From an uncultured Pseudomonadota bacterium (GTDB taxonomy: Bacteria; Pseudomonadota; Alphaproteobacteria; Rs-D84), in the NCBI GenBank assembly GCA_902801125.1, contig CADCGT010000002.1, positions 7,157-71,156 of the forward strand: 64,000 nt of DNA, given 5' to 3'. The notes beneath the pieces are model-generated. The model was given only the letters and a program-made list of their open reading frames with translations, was not told the DNA's origin and ran no database searches. A program made the position numbers and the translations under genes. The number at the start of each line of letters is the position of its first letter. The stretch's first letter is position 1. This document shows positions 47,427 through 58,151 of the stretch, one piece after another.

Positions 47427-48899
47427 CTAAATCAAACTTTTACCGGTCATATCGGCGGGCTTTGGCATGCCCAACAATTTTAATATTGTTGGGGCCACAT
47501 CGGCCAATCCACCGTTTTTAATCTTTTTTACCCGTGGTTCGCCAACCATAATCGCACGCACTTTGTTGTTTGTGTGCGCCGTCCATGGTGCATTTGCTTT
47601 ATCGTCCCACATTTTTTCTGCGTTTCCGTGGTCCGCGATAATAAGCATTTTTCCGCCAAGTTTCAACACCGCCGGAACAATTTCCGCCAATTGCGCATCA
47701 AGGCATTCCATGGCACGAATTGCCGCAGATTCATTTCCGGTATGTCCAACCATATCGCCATTGGCAAAGTTCATCAACACCACATCAAACCTGTCAAGGC
47801 GTGGCAACAATGCACGCGTAATTTCCGGCGCAGACATTTCCGGTTTCAAATCAAATGTTGCGACATTCGGCGAATCAATCAACACCTTTTCTTCGCCGGG
47901 AAAATCGATCGTGCGTTCCGCATCCATAAAGTATGTGACATGATTATACTTTTCGGTTTCAGCGATACGCAACTGACGCAATCCCGCCGCCGCAATAACA
48001 TCACCCAAGGTATTTTTAACCGGAATATCAGAAAGCAGTGCAGGGCATTTTTCATTTAATCCTTCGCCATATTGTGAAAAGCATAACATATGCGCACCCG
48101 TATCCAACATGGCACGCACAATCTGGCGCGCGCGGTCACTGCGATAATTTCCAAATACAAATCCATCACGCGCGGTAATTGGCGTGGCATTTATAATTGT
48201 CGGTTTGAAAAATTCATCGGTCACGCCCGCGGCATAGGATTGTTTAATCGCGTCTTCGATGGTATCCGCATGCGCGTCGGCCGTCGCATTTGCAATTGCA
48301 TTAAACGCCAATTCTGTGCGGTCCATATTCTTGTTGCGGTCCATCGTCCAATACCGCCCAGAAAGGGTTCCAAAGAACGCGCGTCCGTCCGCAAAATACG
48401 GTGCCAACATGCGTTTAATTGTTCGAACATATTTTAATGCAGATTTCGGTGGCGTGTCGCGCCCATCGCCAATAAAATGAATACAAACGCGCAATCCCGC
48501 GTCAAGGATGTATTTTGCAATCTTCATTTCGTCGCGCACATCGGAATGCACACGCCCATCGGACATAAGGCCCGCAAAATGCACAATTCCGCCATCGCGC
48601 CGCACATCGGCAATAAAATTATTTAACGGTTTATTTTTCGTCCAATCTTCACGCGCGAACCGCAACAGGTATTGCATAACTACGCGCCCGGCACCGATAC
48701 AGATATGTCCAACCTCGGAATTACCCATCAAATTACCCGGCAACCCGACGGCGGTTCCACTTGCGCGCAACAAAGAATTCGGATATTTCTTAACCAAGCC
48801 ATTAAAAAACGGCATTTTTGCCATTTCCACCGCATTATGTTCACGCACATCACTGACCCCAACACCATCAAGGATACATAAAACAACTGGTTTTGTCAT
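47427..48899 (-). CDS. gpmI: 2,3-bisphosphoglycerate-independent phosphoglycerate mutase
   Basis: MTKPVVLCILDGVGV...; metal-binding and Ser-phosphorylation motifs of iPGM. Confidence 0.95.
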   Translation of the reverse strand: MTKPVVLCILDGVGVSDVREHNAVEMAKMPFFNGLVKKYPNSLLRASGTAVGLPGNLMGNSEVGHICIGAGRVVMQYLLRFAREDWTKNKPLNNFIADVRRDGGIVHFAGLMSDGRVHSDVRDEMKIAKYILDAGLRVCIHFIGDGRDTPPKSALKYVRTIKRMLAPYFADGRAFFGTLSGRYWTMDRNKNMDRTELAFNAIANATADAHADTIEDAIKQSYAAGVTDEFFKPTIINATPITARDGFVFGNYRSDRARQIVRAMLDTGAHMLCFSQYGEGLNEKCPALLSDIPVKNTLGDVIAAAGLRQLRIAETEKYNHVTYFMDAERTIDFPGEEKVLIDSPNVATFDLKPEMSAPEITRALLPRLDRFDVVLMNFANGDMVGHTGNESAAIRAMECLDAQLAEIVPAVLKLGGKMLIIADHGNAEKMWDDKANAPWTAHTNNKVRAIMVGEPRVKKIKNGGLADVAPTILKLLGMPKPADMTGKSLI

Positions 48900-49031
48900 A
48901 ATTTCCCCCATAATTAGAATTTATTGTCCATAAATCATATCACAACGCTTTTTTGATTGCAAAACAAAAAGAAAAATAGTATGTATAAATAAAACTAGGA
49001 CATGTGTCCTTGTGGATTAAAGGGGAAAATT

Positions 49032-49460
49032 ATGGCAGGCAAGTCATATATACCAACTGCTGTGGACCAACATATCGGCAAACGCATGCAACTGCGTCGG
49101 ACTATGCTTGGGCTATCATTAAAAGACTTGGCGAAAATTTGTGGTGTCACATTTCAACAGATTCAAAAATATGAAACGGCGGACAATCGTATATCTGCGT
49201 CGCGTCTGTTTGAAATTGGTATGGCGATGCAAACGCCGGTTTCGTTTTTCTTTAACGGGTTGCCGGGGAATATGCCGGACGAAACGCGCGCGACGCGTTC
49301 CATGCACCTGCATCAACCGGATTTGAACGAAAATTTGGACGACCCAATGTTGCGCACAGAAAGCCTTAAATTGGTCCGTCTTTATTGGCGCCTTGCCAAT
49401 GATGAACAGCGTGCGGCCATCATGAATATGTTAAAGACAATGGTTGGCGCGCCGGAATAG
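49032..49460 (+). CDS. XRE-family (Cro/C1-type) helix-turn-helix transcriptional regulator
   Basis: IGKRMQLRRTMLGLSLKDLAKICGVTFQQIQKYETADNRISASRLFEI. RBS AAAGGGGAAAATTATG. Confidence 0.7.
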   Translation: MAGKSYIPTAVDQHIGKRMQLRRTMLGLSLKDLAKICGVTFQQIQKYETADNRISASRLFEIGMAMQTPVSFFFNGLPGNMPDETRATRSMHLHQPDLNENLDDPMLRTESLKLVRLYWRLANDEQRAAIMNMLKTMVGAPE

Positions 49461-49481
49461 GGCGCCCAAGGTAAAAATTCA

Positions 49482-49510
49482 ACACCGCCAAACGGCGGTG
49501 TATTTTTGTT
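49482..49510. terminator. Rho-independent terminator (convergent junction)
   Basis: ACACCGCC-aaac-GGCGGTGT followed by ATTTTTGTTT. Confidence 0.7.
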
Positions 49511-49559
49511 TATTGCACATAAAACACCGACCAGCCGGCCGATGTATTATTTGGGTCAC

Positions 49560-51632
49560 CTATTGATCAGCCTTTGGTGCCGCACAAGTCGAACAAGCCT
49601 CCATAGCGGTTACACGACTTTGCAACGCCGTGTAATTTGCGGACAATGTACTATAATTATTCTGCAACGTGGTATAACTATTCCGCAAATCGGTAAGTTG
49701 CGCCTGCAATCCCTGTGTACAATTACCACCATCAGAAACACTGGTGCCACTGCATGTGCCATTAACAGTTGTTTCAACGGTACCTAAACGCCCCAGAACA
49801 CTGTTCGCACCGGCCGTACCTATACCAACCGTAGTGTTCAAAGTGTTAATCTGTGACGTATGACCACTGGCTGTGGTTTGTGCGCTTTGTGCTGCGCTTA
49901 ACGCACTGGATGCGTCGTTGGCCGCATTGTTCGCGGTGGTCTCGACGGTTGTCAATGCCGACTTGGTCGCATAGGTGCTTGATGCGTTGTTTTGTGTTAA
50001 ATACGTACTGCTGGCATCAGTCTGTTTTAGATACGTGTTGGTTGCATCGGTTTTGCTAAGGTACGTACTTTGCGCGTCTGTTTTATTCAACTTGTCATCC
50101 AAACCGCTTAATGCGCTGGCTGCATCTTGCTTTGCCTGGGTTGCATCGGTTGATGCCGTATTCGCGGTACTTACCGCATTTGCCGCACTTGTCTTGGCAT
50201 CTGCAACATCTTTGACCAGGCCACCGGACGCATTGCCAATGGTACTGGTGTTTGTTGTCACCTGTTTAACCAGACCGCCATTCGAATCACCAACCGTTGT
50301 TTCCAACGCAGTAATTTTGCCATCTGCGGTATTCAACGCCGTTTGTGTTGCGTACGTTGATGACGCATCCGCACTGGTAAGGTATCCGGTTAACGCACCC
50401 GAACCCGCAACCGCGCTTGCCAAATCTGTCTTCACAGAATTGTCCTTTAACGCGGTTCCCAAATTCGCCGTTTGCAGATACGAACTTAATGTCGTATTCA
50501 AACTATCGGTCGTTACCTTGTTAGATGTTGCCGACGTGATTTTATTGGTCACTTGAGCTGACGTATCATAATCCGACAACGCCGTGCTTATCGCACTGTT
50601 TACATCGGACGATGTCACCTTGTTTGCGACCGCATTATCGGTATAAGTTTCCGCCGCAGTTTGCGCCGCATCAATTGCCGTAGAAATTGCACTGGCATTT
50701 TGTGTGGTTATCGGACGACAGATATTATATACCGCACTGGTATCTTGACGTGCACATTCCATATATACTCCGTCATTACCACTGCATATATCCTTGTTTG
50801 ATGAAACAATTGGAACACACGTATCTTCATAATCTGTGCTGTTTATGGTATCGTTGCACATTGTTTGCGCCAATCTTACATACCCCGCCTTCGTCGCAGT
50901 CGGCGCCGTATATGTTTTTGTATACGTTTTCACCGCGGTCGCCGGATTTGCAACATTATCGCAAATTCCGACACCGTTTGTACCCGGCGCACCATCGTTA
51001 CCATCCTGACCGTCCGGTATATCCACCGTACTGGTGCTGCCGCAACCACTAATGGTCACAACTGTCTTTTTATTCGTGGCATCATGTGCACTGCTGAATG
51101 TCGGTTCGCAATTTGTACCATTGGTACCCGGCGCACCGTCACATACCAGTTTATTAACTGGTGTGCCGGCGGTACAGGCGTCATTTACCAAAGAATACGG
51201 TGTCTTGGTAATAGTATAGCAACCCTGGGCATTCTTATCGCTAATATCAACCTTGTCCGCACAACCCGGCGCACCGTCTTGACCCGCGGCACCGTCTGTA
51301 CCGTCTTGAACGGTTTCCGTCCAAACCGTGGTGTTATTACAATCCGTTGCCGTCAGTGTCGTTGTGCCCCCAACTTTACTCTTGGTAATCGTCGTTGCAC
51401 AACCTGGCGCGCCATCTTGACCCGCGGCACCGGTTGCGCCAACCAGCGATGCCAAGAAATCGGCCTCGCTTCCGGTATTACCGGCATCCTGCCAAATCTG
51501 ATATGCAGATTTACCGGTTGCACCAACAGGAACCTTGATAGTTCCCATGGTTGTCTGTGCGGAAACATTATCGGTCACACCGAAACCCAACAACACAGCA
51601 CCACACAAACACAACAAACTTACTTTCTTCAT
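49560..51632 (-). CDS. Large secreted fibre protein with collagen-like GxY triplets, Cys-paired beta modules and Ala/Thr/Ser-rich coiled-coil repeats
   Basis: Signal peptide MKKVSLLCLCGAVLLGFGVTDNVSA. Repeated GQDGAPGC / DGAPGTNG. Module shared with the next gene (VANPATAVKTYTKTYTA...YEDTCVPIV). STY-rich heptads. Confidence 0.6.
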   Translation of the reverse strand: MKKVSLLCLCGAVLLGFGVTDNVSAQTTMGTIKVPVGATGKSAYQIWQDAGNTGSEADFLASLVGATGAAGQDGAPGCATTITKSKVGGTTTLTATDCNNTTVWTETVQDGTDGAAGQDGAPGCADKVDISDKNAQGCYTITKTPYSLVNDACTAGTPVNKLVCDGAPGTNGTNCEPTFSSAHDATNKKTVVTISGCGSTSTVDIPDGQDGNDGAPGTNGVGICDNVANPATAVKTYTKTYTAPTATKAGYVRLAQTMCNDTINSTDYEDTCVPIVSSNKDICSGNDGVYMECARQDTSAVYNICRPITTQNASAISTAIDAAQTAAETYTDNAVANKVTSSDVNSAISTALSDYDTSAQVTNKITSATSNKVTTDSLNTTLSSYLQTANLGTALKDNSVKTDLASAVAGSGALTGYLTSADASSTYATQTALNTADGKITALETTVGDSNGGLVKQVTTNTSTIGNASGGLVKDVADAKTSAANAVSTANTASTDATQAKQDAASALSGLDDKLNKTDAQSTYLSKTDATNTYLKQTDASSTYLTQNNASSTYATKSALTTVETTANNAANDASSALSAAQSAQTTASGHTSQINTLNTTVGIGTAGANSVLGRLGTVETTVNGTCSGTSVSDGGNCTQGLQAQLTDLRNSYTTLQNNYSTLSANYTALQSRVTAMEACSTCAAPKADQ

Positions 51633-51662
51633 ATCAACATCTCCATAAATTATCAATTGTCT

Positions 51663-52901
51663 TTAATCGTTGCAAATAATATCATAGGCTACCGCAGTTT
51701 CGCTTGATTGTCCTGGATTAGGCGCCACACTGAACGAATTACATCCTTTATCACCTTTTTCACCCTTGATGTCCGCCAATGCAACAACATTTTTGGTTGT
51801 GTCTCCATCGGTCAAAACAATATATCCCGTTTGGGTATTTGTGCTAAAAGTTGCATTTTTAGATATTTTGCTATCCGCTGTTGATTGCGCATTCGCCGCC
51901 GCAGTATTTGCCTGGGATGCCAACGAATATGTCGCCGCCAAACCAGTTGTATTATTATCAACCTTGTTCGCGGTTGTGGTTGCGGTTGATTGCGCATTGT
52001 CCGCGGCTGATTGTGCCGCGCCAATGGCCGCGCCTATTGACTGTGCGTTTTCACTGGTCACAGTCTTGCAGATATTATACGTGTTGCCGCCATTTTGTGG
52101 GGTGCATTCCATATATGTTCCATTACTGCAAATATTTTGTGCGGTTCGCGTTGGAACAATTGGCACACAGGTATCTTCATATATTGTGTTATTGGTATTG
52201 TTGTCGCACATGGTTTGCTCCAATGTCACATAACCCGCAGCCGTTGTTGTGTGTGCAGTATATGTCTTGGTATATGTTTTAACCGCCGTTGCCGCATTTG
52301 CAACCCCGTCACAGATTCCCGCGCCATTGTTACCGTCGGCAATTTCAAAACTTTGGTTTGTCGAACCGCATACATATTGTACTGTTGTTTTGCGTGCAGT
52401 CGAATTATAGGCACTGGTAAACGACGGTGTGCACGGTTCTGCGCCATCGGCAATTTCAAAACTTTCATCTGTGTTGCCACAGGTATATCTTACCGTCGTC
52501 TTGCGCGTGGCATCGTTATGTGATGAGGTAAATGCCGGAATACATGCATCCTGACCCGCGGTTCCTTGTGGTCCCTGTGGACCGACGGGTCCCTGTTCAC
52601 CTTGTTCACCCTTGAACGGAACACCACCACCCGGACACGTTGGAAACGCGGTTCCATTATAAATGTAAAGCAATCCTTCATCACGGTTGTAATATGCGTC
52701 ACCCTGGATCATGCCAGTCAATTGCCCAAGTTCAGTACAATTATCAACCTCTCCCTTGTAAGTAATGCCTACACCCGGTTCACCTTGGGGACCGCGCGGA
52801 ACGGTGATAGTTCCGATAACTGTCGATGCCGCATACGCACCCGCGCCAATCAACATGGCAACCGCCGCACAGATTCCACCAAAAATTTTTGCTTGTTTCA
52901 T
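51663..52901 (-). CDS. Secreted collagen-like repeat protein, paralog of 49560-51632
   Basis: Signal peptide MKQAKIFGGICAAVAMLIGAGAYA; GEQGEQGPVGPQGPQGTAGQD; duplicated CxPxFTSxxNxTxRKTTVxYxCG modules; shared VANAATAVKTYTKTYTA block. Confidence 0.6.
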   Translation of the reverse strand: MKQAKIFGGICAAVAMLIGAGAYAASTVIGTITVPRGPQGEPGVGITYKGEVDNCTELGQLTGMIQGDAYYNRDEGLLYIYNGTAFPTCPGGGVPFKGEQGEQGPVGPQGPQGTAGQDACIPAFTSSHNDATRKTTVRYTCGNTDESFEIADGAEPCTPSFTSAYNSTARKTTVQYVCGSTNQSFEIADGNNGAGICDGVANAATAVKTYTKTYTAHTTTAAGYVTLEQTMCDNNTNNTIYEDTCVPIVPTRTAQNICSNGTYMECTPQNGGNTYNICKTVTSENAQSIGAAIGAAQSAADNAQSTATTTANKVDNNTTGLAATYSLASQANTAAANAQSTADSKISKNATFSTNTQTGYIVLTDGDTTKNVVALADIKGEKGDKGCNSFSVAPNPGQSSETAVAYDIICND

Positions 52902-52946
52902 TTTTTCCTTCCTTTTTTTTTATTTTAATTGTTTGTTTATTGTTTT

Positions 52947-54464
52947 TTACTTTGCTGCCCCATCTTCACACACCAGGTTGTATGTTGCTCCGCCGGCGTC
53001 TGTTGATACAGGCTCCAAACTTATACCACCCGGGCATGGGTTCACACCACGTTTAACTGTATAGCGTCCAAGAACCTTACTGCTATCTTCTTTACAGGTT
53101 ATTACAACATCTGTATCGCCGTTGGCATTTTCGGTGCCGGTATATTGTGGCTCGCAGGCATCCGCACCATCATTTCCATTATTTCCGGCCGGCCCAGTAA
53201 TATCATTTACCGAAACAATGTCTTTTACAACACCATTTTCTGGATCGGTATAGACAATTTTTCCATCAGAAATACTAAATGTGCCATCGTTGCTTAACAC
53301 CTCACTCTTTTTCGCATATTCGCCAAGGGCAGATTTATCCGCCTTGTCGGTTTGCAGGCCACTGATGCTTGTCTCATTTGTGCCGACACGAGCGCCAAGC
53401 GCTGTTAAATCAGATTCTTTTGCAAAACCTGCACCATCAACCGCCTGTGTAATCAATTCGGAAACACGATTTTCATCAAACCCAGATGACGCATTTTCAA
53501 TTTTCGCATCAACGTCCGCCTTGCTGTACGAAAAATCTTTACCGGCATAATATTCGTCCGCTTGTTCCCTGGTCAGTTTTCCATCCGCCGCAGATTGTGC
53601 GCTTTGTGCCGCCAACAATGCTTCATCGGCCTTGGAACCGGCATTTTCCGCCGCGGATTGTGCCGTGGTTATTTTGCCGTCTGTGGTTGCTTTATCTGTA
53701 TCATAGGTTTCACGTGTCACATAATTTCCGGACAAAAATTCTTTGGACGGTAAATCTTTTTCATCAATCTTTTCATTTACAACGCGTTCCAACTGGGCCG
53801 CATCAACCGAACCGTCCTCGCCTTTCTCACCCCTGTCACCTTTGTCGCCCTTAAGGTCGGACAAAAGTGCCACATTTTTGGTGACACCGTTGCCATCGGT
53901 CATAATAATATGCGTATCATTCTTGGAAAAACTGACATTCTTGTCCAAGGCATAATCTTTCATTGCGTTCTCGTCAACCAATTTCTTTTCATCGGCACGT
54001 GTATCAAATTTAGATTCAAATTCGTCCTTGGCCAATTTCGCGCTGTCCGCATCGTCAACATACGGAACCGTAGCGTAATTTTTGTTTGCCAATTCAGAAT
54101 CCAAAATATCGCGAACCGCGCCTTCGTCAACGCCGGCATTGCGTAACGCATCTACATCCGCGGATAATTCACTTAATTTATCCTGTAAATCGGCAACCGC
54201 CGCCGCAGACGCGCCCGATGGCAATTTCGGTTTTGCCCCAAGGTTATTCATGCCCGCCAATGTCGCCATACGCGATGGTTCGGATGAAACCGTTGGCGTC
54301 GCCACCGACGACGATGACACAGACCGCGACCCGGTCACCCCCGGTTGAACACGCAACGACCCGGCACGCCCAGGAACGGCCGCCACGGCACTTCCCGCCG
54401 CAAACACAGCCCCCATACAGCTTGCCATCGCTACTACACTAACAAACTTTTTCTTACCCAACAT
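52947..54464 (-). CDS. Secreted collagen-like / coiled-coil repeat protein
   Basis: Signal peptide MLGKKKFVSVVAMASCMGAVFAAGSAVAA. KGDKGDRGEKGEDG triplets. TDGNGVTKNVALLSDLKGDKGD block shared with 51663 gene. Cys-containing C-terminal domain. Confidence 0.6.
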   Translation of the reverse strand: MLGKKKFVSVVAMASCMGAVFAAGSAVAAVPGRAGSLRVQPGVTGSRSVSSSSVATPTVSSEPSRMATLAGMNNLGAKPKLPSGASAAAVADLQDKLSELSADVDALRNAGVDEGAVRDILDSELANKNYATVPYVDDADSAKLAKDEFESKFDTRADEKKLVDENAMKDYALDKNVSFSKNDTHIIMTDGNGVTKNVALLSDLKGDKGDRGEKGEDGSVDAAQLERVVNEKIDEKDLPSKEFLSGNYVTRETYDTDKATTDGKITTAQSAAENAGSKADEALLAAQSAQSAADGKLTREQADEYYAGKDFSYSKADVDAKIENASSGFDENRVSELITQAVDGAGFAKESDLTALGARVGTNETSISGLQTDKADKSALGEYAKKSEVLSNDGTFSISDGKIVYTDPENGVVKDIVSVNDITGPAGNNGNDGADACEPQYTGTENANGDTDVVITCKEDSSKVLGRYTVKRGVNPCPGGISLEPVSTDAGGATYNLVCEDGAAK

Positions 54465-54486
54465 TTTACACCTTTCCTTTTTGTTT

Positions 54487-56913
54487 TTAATTACCAGATG
54501 AAGATATATAACACACCCCATCCAAATAATATCCTGTTCCTAACTCGGCACACTTGTGTTCGTACCATGAATCATAGAATATACACATACGATTCGCTTC
54601 GTCCCATCTTGTTACCGGGTTTTCCGTCGTTCCCCATATATCTTGATAATATTCGCATGCCAATTTCGCGCTGCTTCTGAAACAGTATCCCCACCCGGAC
54701 CCGTCTGCACGATTCGCCGTTGTTCCATCATTGCCATCACCCGTCGGTGGCGTATTCCCGCCAAACGCCGTATCATAAAACGCCAACAGCAATTCAGAAC
54801 CATCCGTATTCCGCGTATCGATATGTGACCACATTCCGCCCAATTCTGTACACACATCGGCCAATGCGCCACTCATTGCATCATCTACATCACGAATCAG
54901 CCAATCCACACGCGATCTAACGGTTTCTGGCAAACTGATATAATTTCCCGCACCACCATTGATCGGGTCGGCGCAATTACTGGCCGCGAAATTCTGTATA
55001 TTTGTCGTCAATTCGTTTTTCGACAACCGGCGACAGTTATATGGATACGAATATGTTGAATCCGGCGCGCACAGGTCTTGAACATATTCATCCAATGCCG
55101 CGATACATTTTTCCGCCACACTTAACGAATCAACCGCCGACACATAATTCAACAAAGATGTCAAACCACAATTTGCCCCGCTGTTGGTAAGGTGACCGCG
55201 CGAATCAAAACTGCATTGCGTCGTTTGTTCCCGGTTACCCCATAATGTTGCACACGCCACAACGCGTTCGTGGCACATATCGCCCGCCACATAACGTGCC
55301 AACGCCGCCGCGGTTGTCGCCGTATTTTTATCCACATTCTTTAATGCATTTGTTTGCGTGTCATAGCATTCAGAAATTACATTCACACACGAAGATTTAA
55401 CTTCTTCTATTTTTTCTGTTTGCGCCTGGGCAATTTCAATAATGGCGTTGCGTTTGAATTCCGTCCAAACGAAATCCGCGATGTCACGGCATGTATCCAA
55501 TGCGCCGGCCGCATATTTACGATATGTTTCCAAGAAATTAGAATAGGTGGGGTTTTGTCCAATTATGTCGGTCACAACATCCCCATTCGTCGTCACGCCA
55601 TCCAACGCAATTGTTTGTTCCAATTGGAACAGGCGCGGGCTGTAAATTGCCTCTCCGGTGGCACCATTTATATATGCACCCGTCGGGTCTAAACACCGTT
55701 TATAGTTTGCGCCGCACGCGGTATCCGCCAATATCGCATTACGCACATTGGCGATACATTCATTGACATCGGCCGAATTATGCGCACGATATTCTTCCAG
55801 GCGCGCCTCGCGCAAATACTTTTCCGCCATACGCACCGCAGATGCCACCGTTTCGCGTTTTTTATTCAGTGTCTTTTCGTATGTGTTGCAATCCTGGGTA
55901 ATTAAAATATTATAAGAACTGCGCGCCATGGTTGCGACAGAATTACTGCTGCACATTTCTGCACTAAGGTTTGCGCACTGGCGTTGCGCCGCATTGAACA
56001 GCGCACTGCCTTCTAAACTGGATATATCCGATGTTGTCGAAGAAAATATAGACGACACATCATTTGACCAGATATCATCTAAATCGGTTGAAAAATTCAA
56101 ATCAAGTATACCAATGGAATTTCCGGTTCCCGAATATGTTGTGTTGGATTTTCCAGACAATAAATCACTTATTGCGTCCAATGTCTTGGCGGCGGCACTG
56201 GTGTCGCGTTTAATTGCCAATTCACCAACAGTTGCGGAATACATTGCTTCAACCTCGGCCGCGGTTTTATCGACCGCGTTCAGGTTGTTATCTTGAAAAT
56301 CTTGCAACATAATCATTGCCTGGTCCAAAGAATTTTCAATTTCGCGGAATTTTACAAATCGGTCACTGCAAAAACAGCGGCGATATGTATCATTTGCGTT
56401 TGCGCACATTTGGTCCATACATGTTGAATACGATTCACGACACGCGGCATAACCGGAACCAATCTTGCTTACATCATTAAAGACCGCGGTTGCACGGGCG
56501 GCCGATGCACTGCGCGCGATTCCCGCCATTCCCGATACGGTCTTTTTACCGGTGCGGGCATTTGTCGGCATGGACGCTGTTGCGGTCCTTGCGCTGCGTG
56601 CGCGGGCGACCGGCAACGCACTGCGTGTCGCAGACCCCGCACGCAGGTTCGGCGTGTCCGCCACACGAACCGCCGTTATAGTTGTCGCGCTGCGTCCGCC
56701 ATTTGAATTTACACGGGTTGGACCAATCGCGCGAATACGCGTTGGGTTTGCCACCGCGCGACGCGATGAAACATCCCCAGATAACGATTGTCGCGCCGAA
56801 ACATCCGAATCGGTTGCACGCGGATTCACCGGCATGGCCGCAAAGGAATGCGCACACACAGATGCCGCAAATACCGCAAAAAACCAAGAAAAATTCTTTG
56901 TTTTTGATACCAA
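54487..56913 (-). CDS. Large secreted Cys-rich protein (808 aa), first gene of the fibre-protein cluster
   Basis: Probable TTG start with RBS AAGGGAG. Signal peptide VSKTKNFSWFFAVFAASVCAHSFAA. RSA/RAT low-complexity stretch then ~650 aa with >30 Cys. Confidence 0.5.
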   Translation of the reverse strand: MVSKTKNFSWFFAVFAASVCAHSFAAMPVNPRATDSDVSARQSLSGDVSSRRAVANPTRIRAIGPTRVNSNGGRSATTITAVRVADTPNLRAGSATRSALPVARARSARTATASMPTNARTGKKTVSGMAGIARSASAARATAVFNDVSKIGSGYAACRESYSTCMDQMCANANDTYRRCFCSDRFVKFREIENSLDQAMIMLQDFQDNNLNAVDKTAAEVEAMYSATVGELAIKRDTSAAAKTLDAISDLLSGKSNTTYSGTGNSIGILDLNFSTDLDDIWSNDVSSIFSSTTSDISSLEGSALFNAAQRQCANLSAEMCSSNSVATMARSSYNILITQDCNTYEKTLNKKRETVASAVRMAEKYLREARLEEYRAHNSADVNECIANVRNAILADTACGANYKRCLDPTGAYINGATGEAIYSPRLFQLEQTIALDGVTTNGDVVTDIIGQNPTYSNFLETYRKYAAGALDTCRDIADFVWTEFKRNAIIEIAQAQTEKIEEVKSSCVNVISECYDTQTNALKNVDKNTATTAAALARYVAGDMCHERVVACATLWGNREQTTQCSFDSRGHLTNSGANCGLTSLLNYVSAVDSLSVAEKCIAALDEYVQDLCAPDSTYSYPYNCRRLSKNELTTNIQNFAASNCADPINGGAGNYISLPETVRSRVDWLIRDVDDAMSGALADVCTELGGMWSHIDTRNTDGSELLLAFYDTAFGGNTPPTGDGNDGTTANRADGSGWGYCFRSSAKLACEYYQDIWGTTENPVTRWDEANRMCIFYDSWYEHKCAELGTGYYLDGVCYISSSGN

Positions 56914-56983
56914 TTCGACTCCCTTCGATTAAGATTATAGTAAAAATTCAAAAAATGAATCAACCATAAAATCAATCAATTTT

Positions 56984-57562
56984 TTATTCAATACAACAAT
57001 TCACCGCGTTTTTAACCCAATCTCCCAATTTCCGCACTGTTGATTTGGATTCAGACATTTGTGCCTTGACATCCTTTTTGTCTTTCTTGGCGTCCATCCC
57101 AATCGCAGATGTGTATAATTCTGGTTCCATTTTTTGCACGCCGGCCAAATCGATCATCTTCATATTCAGTCCCCAGAACAAAGAATACAATTCATACGCG
57201 CGTTCAAACATCGCATAGGCATCTTTCTTGTTGCCCGCACCCAACGCCTTGGTTCCAACCTCGTACAAACGCATAGACGCCGCCAGTAAATGTTTTGATA
57301 TACACCAAACCTCGCCGCCCTGGGCCGCGTTTTTATCGACGATGCGCGCCATCAATTCTTTGCGCATTTCGCGCACAACATTTATCAAATCATAAAATCC
57401 AGGCTTTTTGGTCTTTGCGCCACTGAAAAAGAAATGTTCTTCCAACGACACAAGGTTCATCAACGCAATAGACAAATCTTGGTCCGAAGATAAATCCAAC
57501 GGATTTACTTTTTTTGAATCATCTATTTTTTGAACCATTTCTTCCAAAGACATTTTTTTCAT
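56984..57562 (-). CDS. Hypothetical protein
   Basis: ORF on the operon strand. No recognisable motif. Start ambiguous (MERRKVMKKM). Confidence 0.4.
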   Translation of the reverse strand: MKKMSLEEMVQKIDDSKKVNPLDLSSDQDLSIALMNLVSLEEHFFFSGAKTKKPGFYDLINVVREMRKELMARIVDKNAAQGGEVWCISKHLLAASMRLYEVGTKALGAGNKKDAYAMFERAYELYSLFWGLNMKMIDLAGVQKMEPELYTSAIGMDAKKDKKDVKAQMSESKSTVRKLGDWVKNAVNCCIE

Positions 57563-57586
57563 AACTTTTCTCCTTTCCAATATCTG

Positions 57587-58096
57587 TTATTTCGTAATAA
57601 ACCAAAACACCAGTGTCGCAACCAACAAGAAACTTATTGGAACAACAACTTTCTGAAACGCAAACTGTGCATGCCCACCGTTTCTGCGCTTGATTGAAAC
57701 ATACCAACGCGCCCCGGCCCAAAAACACACCGTTCCAACAATGATTCCCAACAAGAATTTATCGATTCCCCACAATGTGTGCATGCCATAATGAACATCT
57801 GGCAACAAATAAACCATGCCCAACAACGCGTAATAACATACGAACGGAACGACCAATTGCCAAAAAGCACTTGTCACGCCACGTTTTTTTAACCAACCCG
57901 CCGTCCACAAAAACAGCGATAATGTAAGTCCCCCGGCCCATATTCCGGTTATAACATCATCAACCCCCAAAAGGCGCGCACCTTCTAACCCCGCACCAAC
58001 GGCCACCGTACAAACCGGGCAAACCGCGTTCGCCACCGTCGCACACAAGGCGCCACACAACGCCGCGCCACCGATTTTCCAAATATTTTTCGTCAT
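57587..58096 (-). CDS. Integral membrane protein with N-terminal CPVC pair
   Basis: Four or more predicted TM helices; CGALCATVANAVCPVCTVAVGAG. Confidence 0.45.
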   Translation of the reverse strand: MTKNIWKIGGAALCGALCATVANAVCPVCTVAVGAGLEGARLLGVDDVITGIWAGGLTLSLFLWTAGWLKKRGVTSAFWQLVVPFVCYYALLGMVYLLPDVHYGMHTLWGIDKFLLGIIVGTVCFWAGARWYVSIKRRNGGHAQFAFQKVVVPISFLLVATLVFWFITK

Positions 58097-58151
58097 TTTT
58101 CCTTTCCTTTGTTTAATTTTTTGTCATCTTACAAAAATCCATGTGTGCGGG

